A DNA stretch of 56,356 nt from Limisphaerales bacterium (GCA_022616725.1 JAKEEH010000463.1:1-56356), one strand, 5' to 3'; counted from the first letter of the stretch, positions 1 through 9,533 are shown. Notes: generated by a model not told the origin, from the letters alone. Made by a program: numbers and translations.

Positions 1-305
1 AGTCGAAGCAGTTAAATGGTTAAAATAGTTAAAAATGGCGAGTTGTTGAAACGGGCCGTCGATGCGGGTTGAAGGGTTAAAGCGGTGAAAGGTTGAAGGG
101 CATGAGTCAGTGATCGGTGCTTCAGTGTTTCGGTCGGGCGGTCTTTCAGTAGGTCAGTGATCGGTGAAGTGAGCACGGTGCAGTGACTCGGGCCACCCTG
201 CGCTGAAGCAAGGGTGTTAATAAGAACGTCGTTCGGCATATCGTTTCATTTTTTCTGTTCGCCCCGGGCGGTTTTTCGCTCCGCCCGGGAGCTGCGTCGG
301 AAAAC

Positions 306-809
306 TTTCCCGACATAAACAGTATAGGGCACGATTTTTCTGGAAAACTGGCAGTGGCGGCTCCTGACGGGTCTTGTCGCGACAAGAGCCGACAAGACCC
401 GACAAAATAGGGCTTGCGTGGGTTGCGCGGGGTTTGGTGGCGTTGTCGGATTTCATAATATCTTTTGAGTTCGTTTGCCGCACCGACAGCGATGCGGACC
501 ACGAAACCTCGCACATGTTTTTGGCGGGAGGGTTCTCAGTGTACGGCGTTGCATGCAATTGCATGCAAGTGCGTGCAACGGCGGGTAAAAATAGCCTTTG
601 ACAAAACCGATTTTTGGGCCGGTTTTTCACAGGCTTGAATGGTTAAAGGCGCGAATCGGTGCATCGTTGAATCGTTACATCGGTGATCGTGATCGGTTTG
701 TTGGTGGCGTCAGCAAACGGAGCTGACGCCGGCAGGAGATTGGTTCGGCTGCTGCCCTGGCCGGGATTTTCCCGACACAAACAGCATAGGGCACGATTTT
801 TGGGGAAAA
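306..809. repeat. 42-bp direct repeat pair (306-347 and 768-809) in a repeat-rich non-coding region
   Basis: TTTCCCGACATAAACAGTATAGGGCACGATTTTTCTGGAAAA vs TTTCCCGACACAAACAGCATAGGGCACGATTTTTGGGGAAAA, 38/42 identical. Each copy is followed by a 10-mer tandem and CAAAATAG...TTGCGT. Confidence 0.9.
549..568. repeat. Perfect 20-bp palindrome
   Basis: TTGCATGCAATTGCATGCAA is its own reverse complement and is also a tandem 10-mer. Confidence 0.9.
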
Positions 810-1014
810 GGCGAATGTCCGATCCTGTCCGGTCCTGTCCGGTCAGACGCGGGCAAAATAGTTGTTGCGTATTTTGGGGAAAAACACGTGAAAACACGTG
901 AGCAGTTGAAGGGTTGAAGAGTTGAAGCGGTGACGAGTGAACCGGTGATCGGAAATTCATTGTGAGAATCGCTCCAGCGATTAGCCTTTCCTTCGATCAT
1001 TCGCGTCGCCGCTT

Positions 1015-2277
1015 ATGAAAAACAATTTCCTCTTCGAACATCAGGAGTTAACGCGCCGATATTTCCTTCGCCTCGGCGTCGTGGGTGCCGCCACCATGGG
1101 GTTTTGGCCATTAAGCGGCGCGCCCGGTGATCCGGGGCCCGAAGCGTCCGGAAATCATCTTGCCCCGCCCGATCTCGAACCGTACTTCACTCCACAGGAC
1201 AAATTCCGCGATGTCTCGCGCGGCAAGCCTCTGCCACATTCCTTGCCCGACGATAAAAAGCGCGAGGTCGGTCTCACTCGTGAAACCTGGAAACTGGAGG
1301 TCATCTCCGATCCCGACCGCCCGGCTTCCATTCGCAACCCGCTAACAAAGAAGGACGGCACCGCGCTCGATTTCCCCGGTCTCCTCAAGCTGGGCGAAAA
1401 ACATTCCGTCCGTTTCGCCAAGTCCATGACCTGCCTGAACATTGGCTGCCCGCTTGGCACAGGAATTTGGGAAGGGGTGCCCCTGCGCGAACTCGTCTGG
1501 CTCACTCAACCGCGTGAGAACCTGCGCCGCGTTTTTTACCACGGCTACCATAACGACGATCCGCAGCAGATGTTCCGCAGCTCCCTGCCGATCGACCGCG
1601 TGCTGGAAGATCCATTCGACCTCCCGCCGGTCATCTTGTGCTACAAGCTCAACGGCCAATGGCTCGAGAGCGAGCGGGGCGGTCCGGTCCGCATGGTCGT
1701 GCCGGAGGCCTACGGCTTCAAATCCATCAAGTGGCTCACGCGCATCCTGCTCACAAACCTCTATCACGCCAACGACACTTACGCCGACGGCAACAACGAC
1801 GTGGACAGCGCGCTCAAAACCTTCGCCGCGACACTCTCTGTCCCCGGCAACGTCAAACCCAACCAACCGATCCCCATTACTGGCTACGCCCAGGTCGGCA
1901 TCTCCGGCCTCTCCAAAGTTCAGATCTGGATTCAATCCAACGCCGCCCAACGCCCGCCCCGCGACAAATACTTTGCGACGGCACCGTGGACCGACGCTCA
2001 AATCCTACCGCCACCGAAACATTGGGGCGCTCTGGCAGATGAAAGGATTCTGAAGAGCACGATCGGCTTTGACCCGGCGACCGGCCAACCGCTTGCGTGG
2101 CCGATGCGACTGACGAGAGTTCATTGGGCGGCTCTCCTGCCCGGTCTTCCGCCGGGCGAGTACACCTTGCGCAGCCGCACGATCGACGGCAAAGGCGTCG
2201 CTCAACCTTTGCCCCGCCCCTTCCAAAAGTCCGGCCACTCCGCGATCGAATCCGTGGACATTACCGTGAAGGCGTAA
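1015..2277 (+). CDS. Tat-exported molybdopterin-dependent oxidoreductase (sulfite oxidase/MsrP family)
   Basis: Twin-arginine LTRRYFLR; candidate Mo-ligand Cys in MTCLNIGC; WEGVPLRELV; YKLNGQWL..ERGGPVRMVVPEAYGFKSIKWL; C-terminal GEYTLRSRTIDGKG..QP. Confidence 0.85.
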   Translation: MKNNFLFEHQELTRRYFLRLGVVGAATMGFWPLSGAPGDPGPEASGNHLAPPDLEPYFTPQDKFRDVSRGKPLPHSLPDDKKREVGLTRETWKLEVISDPDRPASIRNPLTKKDGTALDFPGLLKLGEKHSVRFAKSMTCLNIGCPLGTGIWEGVPLRELVWLTQPRENLRRVFYHGYHNDDPQQMFRSSLPIDRVLEDPFDLPPVILCYKLNGQWLESERGGPVRMVVPEAYGFKSIKWLTRILLTNLYHANDTYADGNNDVDSALKTFAATLSVPGNVKPNQPIPITGYAQVGISGLSKVQIWIQSNAAQRPPRDKYFATAPWTDAQILPPPKHWGALADERILKSTIGFDPATGQPLAWPMRLTRVHWAALLPGLPPGEYTLRSRTIDGKGVAQPLPRPFQKSGHSAIESVDITVKA

Positions 2278-2344
2278 GCGCGCCAGAAACCAGATTTGAG
2301 CGATCCGGGGAGATCGCGAAAGACTCGAGTAGAAACGAATCGGC

Positions 2345-2373
2345 TTCCACCAACTCGCTTCCCCCGTTAGTGT
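2345..2373 (+). promoter_or_regulatory. Putative sigma70 promoter for rnr (leaderless geometry)
   Basis: TTCCAC-N17-TAGTGT, ending 7 nt before the GTG at 2381. Confidence 0.4.
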
Positions 2374-2380
2374 TCCTCCG

Positions 2381-4519
2381 GTGAGGGATAACCTTTTGAA
2401 ACTTTTAGGCCGCAGCGATTACGTGCCGGCGAATGTGCCCCAGTTGCTCCGGCTGCTGCGCCTGAGGCCCAACCAGCAGCAGGAACTCCAGCACGTTCTC
2501 CGCGAACTCGAACATGGCGGCACAATCGCCCGCATCAAAGGCAATCGTTACATCCGTCCCCGCGAGGCCGACCTCATTCCGGGACGCATTCGCATCAACC
2601 GCCAGGGAAAAGGAATCCTGCTCCCGGATGACGCCGATCTCAAGGAGATCACCATTCCCGAAAGCGCCACCTCCACTGCTCTGCACGAGGATCACGTGCT
2701 CGTGCGCCGTGACGTTCGGCCCCGCGGCGCGCGCGCGCATGCGCCCGAGGACAACACCGGAAAAGTCATCCGCGTTTTGGCCCGGCGGCGCACCCAAATT
2801 GTCGGCACCCTCCAGCGCAGCCGCCAATTCCTCTACGTTATCCCGGATGACCCTCGCGTTCCGCACGACATTTATGTGCCCGAACCGCGTGACGTGGGCC
2901 GGCCCGCTCACGTTGGTGACAAGGTAGTCGTCGAACTGCGCGACTGGCAGTCGCGCCACACCAGTCCCGAAGGTGAAATCATCGAGGTGCTCGGTGCGCC
3001 CGATGCCGAAGGCGTGGACATGCTGTCGGTCCTGCGCCAATACGACCTGCCGCTCCATTTTCCAAAACCGGCCCTCCATGAAGCCCGTTCCTTTGGCGCT
3101 GCGGTGCGCCCGCACGAACTGGCCGGACGCGAAGATTGCCGGGCTCACCGCGTCATCACTATCGATCCCGACGATGCGAAGGATTTTGATGACGCCATCT
3201 GCCTCCAGCGCGTTTCGCGCGACCAATGGAAACTTTGGGTCCACATCGCGGACGTGTCGCACTACGTCAAGCCGGGCAGACCGCTCGATCTTGAAGCTCG
3301 CAAACGCGGCAACTCCACCTACCTCGTGGACCGCGTCATCCCCATGCTCCCCGAGGCCCTCAGCAACGAACTCTGCTCGCTCAAGCCGGACACCAATCGC
3401 CTCACCAAATGCGTTGAGTTCCTCCTCTCGAACGATGGCCGCGTGCTGGCGCGCCGGTTTTACTCCGCCGTCATCCACTCGCAACGCCGCTTCGCTTACC
3501 CGGAAGTGCTCGCCATTCTCCAGCGCAAACCCTCCGGGCCTATCGAGCAGATGATCCACCACGCCAATGACCTCGCCCAACGCATTCGTCGCCTGCGTTT
3601 CAAGGCCGGTTCTCTCGACCTCGATTTCCCGGAAATGAAAATTCGTCTCGATGAACGCGGCCGCGTCGCCCGGATCGAGAAAGTCGAGAACGACATTTCC
3701 CATCAATTGATCGAGGAATATATGCTCCTGGCCAACGAGGCCGTCGCGACCCGCCTCCTCGCCCTGAATCGTTCTGCGATCTTCCGTGTCCACGAGCCTC
3801 CTGACGAGCGGCGCTTGCAGGAGTTTCGCGAAGACGTATTAAGTCACAATATTCCGTGCGGGAACCTCAGCCGGCGCAGCGAGGTACAGAAGCTTCTCGA
3901 AAAGCTTGGCACGCTGCCCATCGGCCCCGCGCTAAAAATCGGCTTTCTCAAATCCCTCATGCGCGCCCGCTACGCCGTCGAACCGCTCGGCCATTACGGT
4001 TTGGCCAAGGGCAAATACACCCACTTCACGTCGCCCATCCGCCGCTATGCCGATCTCGTCGTCCACCGCGTTTTGTTCGGCCAGGACAAGGCTTTCGGCC
4101 AGCAGCTTCGCGAGACGGCTGATCACATTTCCGATACCGAACGCAATTCCGCGGATGCCGAACGCGACAGCAAAGACGTGAAACTCTTCGCGTTCCTCAA
4201 TGCGCAACTCGCGTCCGGCCGGCCGCAGTCTTATCCCGCGCTTGTCATCGATGTGCGCAATTTCGGTTTCTTCGTCGATGTCCCCGGCCTGGCCATGAGC
4301 GGCCTTGTCCCTTTGTCATCGCTCGTCGATGACTTCTTTGTTTTCGAACCGGCGCGCAACCACCTTGTGGGCCGCCGCACCCGCCGCATCATCCGCCTGG
4401 GCGACCGCGTCGAAGTCCAGGTCGCCAAAGTGGACACGTTCAAAAAACAGGTCGAGTTCCGCCTCACCACCGCGCCCGCTGCAACCCCCAAACGCCGCAA
4501 AGGCCCCTTTTCAAGATGA
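2381..4519 (+). CDS. rnr: Ribonuclease R
   Basis: RNB motifs TIDPDDAKDFDDA, VHIADVSHYV, RGNSTY, LIEEYMLLAN, YTHFTSPIRRYADLVVHR; C-terminal S1 domain and basic tail. Confidence 0.95.
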   Translation: MRDNLLKLLGRSDYVPANVPQLLRLLRLRPNQQQELQHVLRELEHGGTIARIKGNRYIRPREADLIPGRIRINRQGKGILLPDDADLKEITIPESATSTALHEDHVLVRRDVRPRGARAHAPEDNTGKVIRVLARRRTQIVGTLQRSRQFLYVIPDDPRVPHDIYVPEPRDVGRPAHVGDKVVVELRDWQSRHTSPEGEIIEVLGAPDAEGVDMLSVLRQYDLPLHFPKPALHEARSFGAAVRPHELAGREDCRAHRVITIDPDDAKDFDDAICLQRVSRDQWKLWVHIADVSHYVKPGRPLDLEARKRGNSTYLVDRVIPMLPEALSNELCSLKPDTNRLTKCVEFLLSNDGRVLARRFYSAVIHSQRRFAYPEVLAILQRKPSGPIEQMIHHANDLAQRIRRLRFKAGSLDLDFPEMKIRLDERGRVARIEKVENDISHQLIEEYMLLANEAVATRLLALNRSAIFRVHEPPDERRLQEFREDVLSHNIPCGNLSRRSEVQKLLEKLGTLPIGPALKIGFLKSLMRARYAVEPLGHYGLAKGKYTHFTSPIRRYADLVVHRVLFGQDKAFGQQLRETADHISDTERNSADAERDSKDVKLFAFLNAQLASGRPQSYPALVIDVRNFGFFVDVPGLAMSGLVPLSSLVDDFFVFEPARNHLVGRRTRRIIRLGDRVEVQVAKVDTFKKQVEFRLTTAPAATPKRRKGPFSR

Positions 4520-4738
4520 CCATCAAATCCGGCGGCGCTCTCGATTCTCATTCACCGATTGAACTCTCCATTTAACTGCGGGCGTCGGCTGCAACCCGCC
4601 CTCAACAAGGCGGCCCCACTCTTTGAACTCTGCACTTTGTACCTTGCACTCCCCACTGGGCCCTCAACCTCAACCATCAACTCTCAACTCGAGATCGCCC
4701 GCCGTCCGTTCCCGCCGTGGTGTGCTGCGCATTCCCAA

Positions 4739-4808
4739 GCCCCGCCCCTTCCAAAAGTCCGGCCACTCCGCAATCGAATCAATGGACATTAGCGTGAAGG
4801 CATAAGCG
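4739..4808 (+). pseudogene. 70-bp duplicate of the molybdo-oxidoreductase 3' end (matches 2211-2280)
   Basis: 65/70 nt identical; reads PRPFQKSGHSAIESMDISVKA* vs PRPFQKSGHSAIESVDITVKA*. Confidence 0.9.
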
Positions 4809-4915
4809 TTCTACGCCTTTCAAATCTCAAATGTTCGGCAAAGACCGGCTCCTCGGCCGCGACGAATTCATTCACATGGGCGCCACGCCAAAGCCGTGAT
4901 GGCGCGGCTCCGTTG

Positions 4916-5611
4916 CTACAACAACGACGGCCCTTGCTCTACGAACCGTTTGGCTTCTTCCACCGTGTAGGTGGTCTTGCAGTTCGGATTCGGACACAAG
5001 AGGTAATACTCGTAATAAAAGTTGTGCTTCGGCTTCTTGCGCGGCGTCTGCTTGATGACCGGAGTTGAACACTTCCGGCATGGTTCGCCTTCCTGCAAAG
5101 CAGGCCGTACGTCCTCGCTTTCCGGTTTGTTCTCGTAGCCTTCATCCGCCGGAAGATTGGACTGGCGCAACGCAGCCATCGAGAGTTGATCGCAACACTC
5201 ATTTTCCAGATTCCCTGCGTGTCCCCTAACCCAGCGGAATTCCACCTGATGCATTTCGCACAACTGGTCGAGCCTCCGCCAAAGATCAACATTCTCCGGC
5301 CGTTCCGTGTTGGTGCGCCACCAATCCTTCTTCTTCCACGCCACAACCCAGCCTTCCATCATCGCTTTCACCAGATACTGCGAATCGCTGTAAACCGTGA
5401 CCTTGCACGGCTGCTTCAACAATTCCAGCCCAGCAATGGCCGCATAGATTTCCATCCGGTTGTTCGTGGTCTTCCGAAATCCGCCACTGATCTCCGCGCG
5501 TTTCCTGGGATGCAACAACACCACGCCATAACCGCCCGGCCCCGGATTAGGTTCGCATCCGCCATCCGTGTAAATCTCGACGTGTGATATCGACTCCTGG
5601 CTCATGCTCAT
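4916..5611 (-). CDS. rnhA: Ribonuclease HI with C-terminal Zn-ribbon extension
   Basis: YTDGG, TTNNRME, SDSQY, WVRGHAG..ENECCD carry all catalytic acidic residues; extra tail CRKC...CPNPNC. Start could be 5605. Confidence 0.92.
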   Translation of the reverse strand: MSMSQESISHVEIYTDGGCEPNPGPGGYGVVLLHPRKRAEISGGFRKTTNNRMEIYAAIAGLELLKQPCKVTVYSDSQYLVKAMMEGWVVAWKKKDWWRTNTERPENVDLWRRLDQLCEMHQVEFRWVRGHAGNLENECCDQLSMAALRQSNLPADEGYENKPESEDVRPALQEGEPCRKCSTPVIKQTPRKKPKHNFYYEYYLLCPNPNCKTTYTVEEAKRFVEQGPSLL

Positions 5612-5621
5612 TCGTAGTCAG

Positions 5622-6668
5622 TCATTTCGCCGGCCGAAATTCTTTCAGCTTCGAGCAATCAACGAGTCGGTCAAGTGTCTTAAGTGTGAAAACTTTTCCT
5701 CGCGTCGCCAGCAAGAGCTTTTTCATGTCTTCGCGCCGAATTCCAAATCCCCGCCCTGCGATACATGCGATAACCTGAAACTTCGGCTCGTCTCCCTGAA
5801 TGGCGGCCATGCTCAACGCGCCAAGATGCTGGATGCGCGTGACTTTGTCTCGAGCCGTGCCGTCGTCTTCAGTGATTTTGGCTTCAATAACGACCTTCGG
5901 ATTGAACTCGTCTGGTACAATGAAGTCGGGCGCTTGATCAAAGCCGGAAATTCGTTCCGCCCGCCGCGTCTTTCTGAAGCTGATCGTACTTCGCGCTAAG
6001 ATTTCCTCAACAGCCGATTCCATTACATCGCCAACCAACTCACTGACAGAGTCGCGATGGCCAGCAAAAGGGCGTCCGAGAAACCGCTCGTACAGGAGCA
6101 TCGCGTATGGTACGCCCATGCCGGCTAGGTTCCGGACGGCAATCAATCCACCAACGGTGTCAGCCTTCTGAAGCCGATGGATGCTGCCGGCGGGAACAGT
6201 CGGACAGCCCTCTTCGAGCAGTTCGCAGGCGGTTTCGATCATCGCCGCGATCCGCATCTTTACTTCGCCTTGCGGGCGCAAGGGCCTCAGTGGTTCCATT
6301 CGAATGCGTCTGTCCAACGTGCGAGCGAATCCCTGTAGGACGGCCACCTGCTTTCTTTGAGTCGTGACGTACGCCCATTCCGGTGGCGTAAACCCAAGCA
6401 TCGTTCGCAGCACGATGAAACAAATCGGAGTGCTGCTGACGAGTTCGATCAATTTCTGCTTGGGGAGGGAGGCAAAGCCTTCGGTGGTTCTCTTCAAAGC
6501 TTCGTAACCGGCTTCGAAGTCGGGATACTCAACGAAGCCGCCGCCCTTGGGGAGCACAAGAAACTCAGAGGCCAGGCTGGAAAACACCGCATCCACGAAC
6601 TGGTCAGGAGCAGCAAGGATCTCCGCGAAGTCGGCCTCAAAAGGCAACCTCATCAGTTCCCTTTCCAT
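5622..6668 (-). CDS. Putative restriction endonuclease, PD-(D/E)XK fold
   Basis: APDFIVP...VIEAK motif in the C-terminal half; overlaps the 3' end of a DNA methyltransferase gene. Confidence 0.72.
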   Translation of the reverse strand: MERELMRLPFEADFAEILAAPDQFVDAVFSSLASEFLVLPKGGGFVEYPDFEAGYEALKRTTEGFASLPKQKLIELVSSTPICFIVLRTMLGFTPPEWAYVTTQRKQVAVLQGFARTLDRRIRMEPLRPLRPQGEVKMRIAAMIETACELLEEGCPTVPAGSIHRLQKADTVGGLIAVRNLAGMGVPYAMLLYERFLGRPFAGHRDSVSELVGDVMESAVEEILARSTISFRKTRRAERISGFDQAPDFIVPDEFNPKVVIEAKITEDDGTARDKVTRIQHLGALSMAAIQGDEPKFQVIACIAGRGFGIRREDMKKLLLATRGKVFTLKTLDRLVDCSKLKEFRPAK

Positions 6669-8841
6669 ATTTGACGGCAGATTCGGAGAGTTCCCAACAC
6701 TGGTTCCGACTGGCCCGCGTGAACTTCTCGCCGAGTTCGTTCAACACTGCTGCCGGACCGCCGAACTTCTCGATCCATGACATCACCAGCTTTAGGCGTT
6801 CAGAGATACAGTGTTTGACGCTCCATTTAGCTTTCAAGTTCCATACGGCAAGCCGCACGAGATGCCCATAGGTGATGCAACGCAGATCCCCTTGTGTAGG
6901 TCCTAGACCAGCTTCAACGAGTTTGCTGGCGTCATCGTGGATCAGATCTGCCAATTCTTTAGCATTCATCGCCAACCAGCGACGAGGAAATCGGCCAGTC
7001 GCGCGGCACACGAACACGGTGTCCACGATGGATGAAGTGGTGCCATTGATGTGAATGGAAGCCCCCATTTCGGCGGGGCACGGAAGGGATGCCGAGCAGA
7101 CCAGGGAAGCATCAAGAATGGCAACGGCTACCGGTACGTAAGCTTCCATATTATTGTGGTGAAATGTGAACACGAACGGCCCACCGCGCTTGAGAACGGT
7201 AGCTGCCCGCTTGAAAGCGTCGGAGAGGCCCTCCGCAAAATGTTCAAGGTCTCGCCCCATGCTGATGTTTCCAGTGAGTTCGTTGATGTGGCGTGTTGAC
7301 CCCTTTGTGAACTCGGGGTGAGATTGGCCGACCAATCCACGAAGCCACACGTAACAGAAATCCATTAGCTCAGCGTACTGGACGTTTCCAAAATAGGGCG
7401 GGTCGGTCAGGACAGCGTCAAACGAATCGCCGTTGAACCGTGCTTTGGCAGCATCCTCACACCGGAGACGAACTTCTCGAACGGCTGCTTCTGAGTTGCC
7501 ATTGCGATGTTCGCCGATCCATTCACTCTCGATTGGGATCTCTTTCTTTCGATGGCCCGTTTGTTGAACCTCAAAAGGATGCTCACAGTACCGTTTCGCT
7601 TTGGCGAATTTCCCAACGATGTTCAGCCAACCGCCGCTGCCGATGGGGCCGGACTTCCGAGGACTCGAAACGCCGAGAAGATTAGATTCGCATTGGATAA
7701 GGCTAACCGGAAAGCCGTGGACCGAGAAGATGTCCATCGACTTGAGAGCCATCGTGTCATATCGGCAGTGCATGTTTTGGTAGCGCAGCAGGTCGGAGAG
7801 ATTGGTCGCCAGCGCTTCCTGAAGAGATCTGTCACGAACGATCCGAATCGCGCGGCAGCTCAATTCCAACCCAAGGAGCTGTCGGGCATTGAACAGTTCG
7901 CGGTAGTAATGATAGCCCCAGCGGTGTAATCGCTCAGTCTCATCACCAGCGGGGATTTCTTCGTCAGGCACGTGTCGAATCTTCGCTTTTGCGAGTCGTC
8001 TCTCGGCTTGATGATATTTTTCGATGTCGTCCGCGTCCGGTTTCTTGAAAAGCCGCCCAGGTGTTTTCGAGAAACACTCCTCGCAATAATACTCAATGGC
8101 GAAAAGCCGGTGCCGAGGCGCAATGCCTGATGGATAGCTGTTCGACACGCCGCAGTGGCAGCACTTAACCCGGTTGTGCCGTGCCGTGAACTCCGTGCTG
8201 AACTCACCTCCGCAGTGTGAGCATGACTTGGGCTGCTTTCGCGATTTGCTGTCGTAGAGTTCTCCACATTTTCGGCACACGAACACATTCGTTGGATGGC
8301 GCACGTCCTCGGAAAGCATGTAATTCGGAAACAAATCAATCCGTTGCTCACATCTGGTGCACTGCACTGTCTTTACCCAAAGGAAGTATTTCACCTTCGC
8401 GTCGCTCGAGTGACAGAGCTTGCACTGAGTTCGGTACAAATCGCCCACTTCCTGTTCCAGTTCGTCGCGCAGCCGATTTGCTGCGCCCACGTAAGCCGCA
8501 ACGTCCAATGCACCGAGTTCCTGCCGAACGATCCACCATGACATCGGGTTAACATCAAGTCCGGTCACACCGCAGCCGGTCCGATTTGCCTCAATCAATG
8601 TCGTCCCACCACCCATAAATGGGTCGAGGACCCGGATTTGTGGAAACGAGTGCCCCTGGTAAAATGTCTGCCGCAGTGGCTCATGGGTGAACTCGGAAAG
8701 AAGCACGGCCCGAAACAGTGTTCCCGGCCGGCGAGCGAACCACTTATGAACGGCGATCACAGGCCGGTAATTCTGTTGGATTTGCTTTTCACGGAGGGCG
8801 AGCTCAGCAACAAACGGTACATCGAAATCGCGTTCAATCAT
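6637..8841 (-). CDS. Amino (m6A/m4C) DNA methyltransferase with multiple Zn ribbons (DUF1156/COG1743-like)
   Basis: HKWFARR; motif I DPFMGGGTT; motif IV TDPPY about 400 aa later (alpha-type order); six CxxC pairs between them. Confidence 0.88.
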   Translation of the reverse strand: MIERDFDVPFVAELALREKQIQQNYRPVIAVHKWFARRPGTLFRAVLLSEFTHEPLRQTFYQGHSFPQIRVLDPFMGGGTTLIEANRTGCGVTGLDVNPMSWWIVRQELGALDVAAYVGAANRLRDELEQEVGDLYRTQCKLCHSSDAKVKYFLWVKTVQCTRCEQRIDLFPNYMLSEDVRHPTNVFVCRKCGELYDSKSRKQPKSCSHCGGEFSTEFTARHNRVKCCHCGVSNSYPSGIAPRHRLFAIEYYCEECFSKTPGRLFKKPDADDIEKYHQAERRLAKAKIRHVPDEEIPAGDETERLHRWGYHYYRELFNARQLLGLELSCRAIRIVRDRSLQEALATNLSDLLRYQNMHCRYDTMALKSMDIFSVHGFPVSLIQCESNLLGVSSPRKSGPIGSGGWLNIVGKFAKAKRYCEHPFEVQQTGHRKKEIPIESEWIGEHRNGNSEAAVREVRLRCEDAAKARFNGDSFDAVLTDPPYFGNVQYAELMDFCYVWLRGLVGQSHPEFTKGSTRHINELTGNISMGRDLEHFAEGLSDAFKRAATVLKRGGPFVFTFHHNNMEAYVPVAVAILDASLVCSASLPCPAEMGASIHINGTTSSIVDTVFVCRATGRFPRRWLAMNAKELADLIHDDASKLVEAGLGPTQGDLRCITYGHLVRLAVWNLKAKWSVKHCISERLKLVMSWIEKFGGPAAVLNELGEKFTRASRNQCWELSESAVKYGKGTDEVAF

Positions 8842-9054
8842 TCCTGCGTCACCTTAAGGCGTCAATAGAGGCCCGGGCAAGCTAAGTCGTTTGAGTGCAG
8901 TGCAAAGTGCACCCGGCGAATGAGTCTTTCTCTAAGAATGCGACAGCGCAAACAGCGATAGAAAATTTCAGGCAATGAAATTCCATTTTGCGAAATGCCC
9001 ACACCGAGCCGCAGAAGCAAACATCTGAAAGGGTTTTGAATTTGCGCGGATCAG

Positions 9055-9423
9055 TCACAGATGGCGAGCGCGATTGATGATTTCGAGCAGCTTTTCCAAA
9101 TCGTCGCGCGAGGGTTTTTGGCCGGAGAGAGTGCGAAAAAACACGGGAAGCTGGGTGACGAGTTTCTGATCCTTCAGCACGTAATCCGGGATGCGCCCGG
9201 CGTCGACGGCGGCGTAATCGAAGAATTTGAGCCAGTCCTCGGAGCCCTGCTTAAGGCCAAGTTGCTTCGCCCAGGTGCGCAGCGTCTCCTCGTCGCGCGG
9301 CGGCGCGAGCACCCCGCGTTCGATCTTGCTCCAGTTGCTGGGGTCGTGGCCGTGTTTCTGGCAGAATTCACGCAGGCCAAGCCGTTGTCGCGCCCGCAGT
9401 TCTTTGACGAAGGTTCCAAACAT
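9055..9423 (-). CDS. XRE-family helix-turn-helix regulator
   Basis: MFGTFVKELRARQRLGLREFC...DPSNWSKIERG HTH pattern; ATG at 9423 preferred over the longer ORF start. Confidence 0.85.
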   Translation of the reverse strand: MFGTFVKELRARQRLGLREFCQKHGHDPSNWSKIERGVLAPPRDEETLRTWAKQLGLKQGSEDWLKFFDYAAVDAGRIPDYVLKDQKLVTQLPVFFRTLSGQKPSRDDLEKLLEIINRARHL

Positions 9424-9533
9424 ATCGTTTATGATTGTGGTAATAGAAATACCACATGCGGTAACGCTGTCTACAGGAATCGACATTGCCCCAATCAAAC
9501 TCTCACAACTGGATGCAGTAGGTCGAGATGTAT

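Noticed and set aside
1-1000. CRISPR array
   Set aside because: Only two long repeat copies 462 bp apart, no regular repeat-spacer period and no cas genes.
4739-4808. DGR template/variable repeat pair: 4 of the 5 differences from 2211-2280 are A in this copy
   Set aside because: No reverse transcriptase or Avd in the window, the target is an enzyme C-terminus, the changes are mostly synonymous and one is non-A. A trans-acting RT cannot be excluded but is unsupported.
4916-5611. Retron or other RT-associated system suggested by the RNase H
   Set aside because: No RT ORF (no YADD-type domain) and no msr/msd-like structure nearby.
8842-9054. C-box for an R-M controller protein
   Set aside because: No convincing GACT-N3-AGTC dyad, and the 122-aa XRE protein is longer than typical C proteins.
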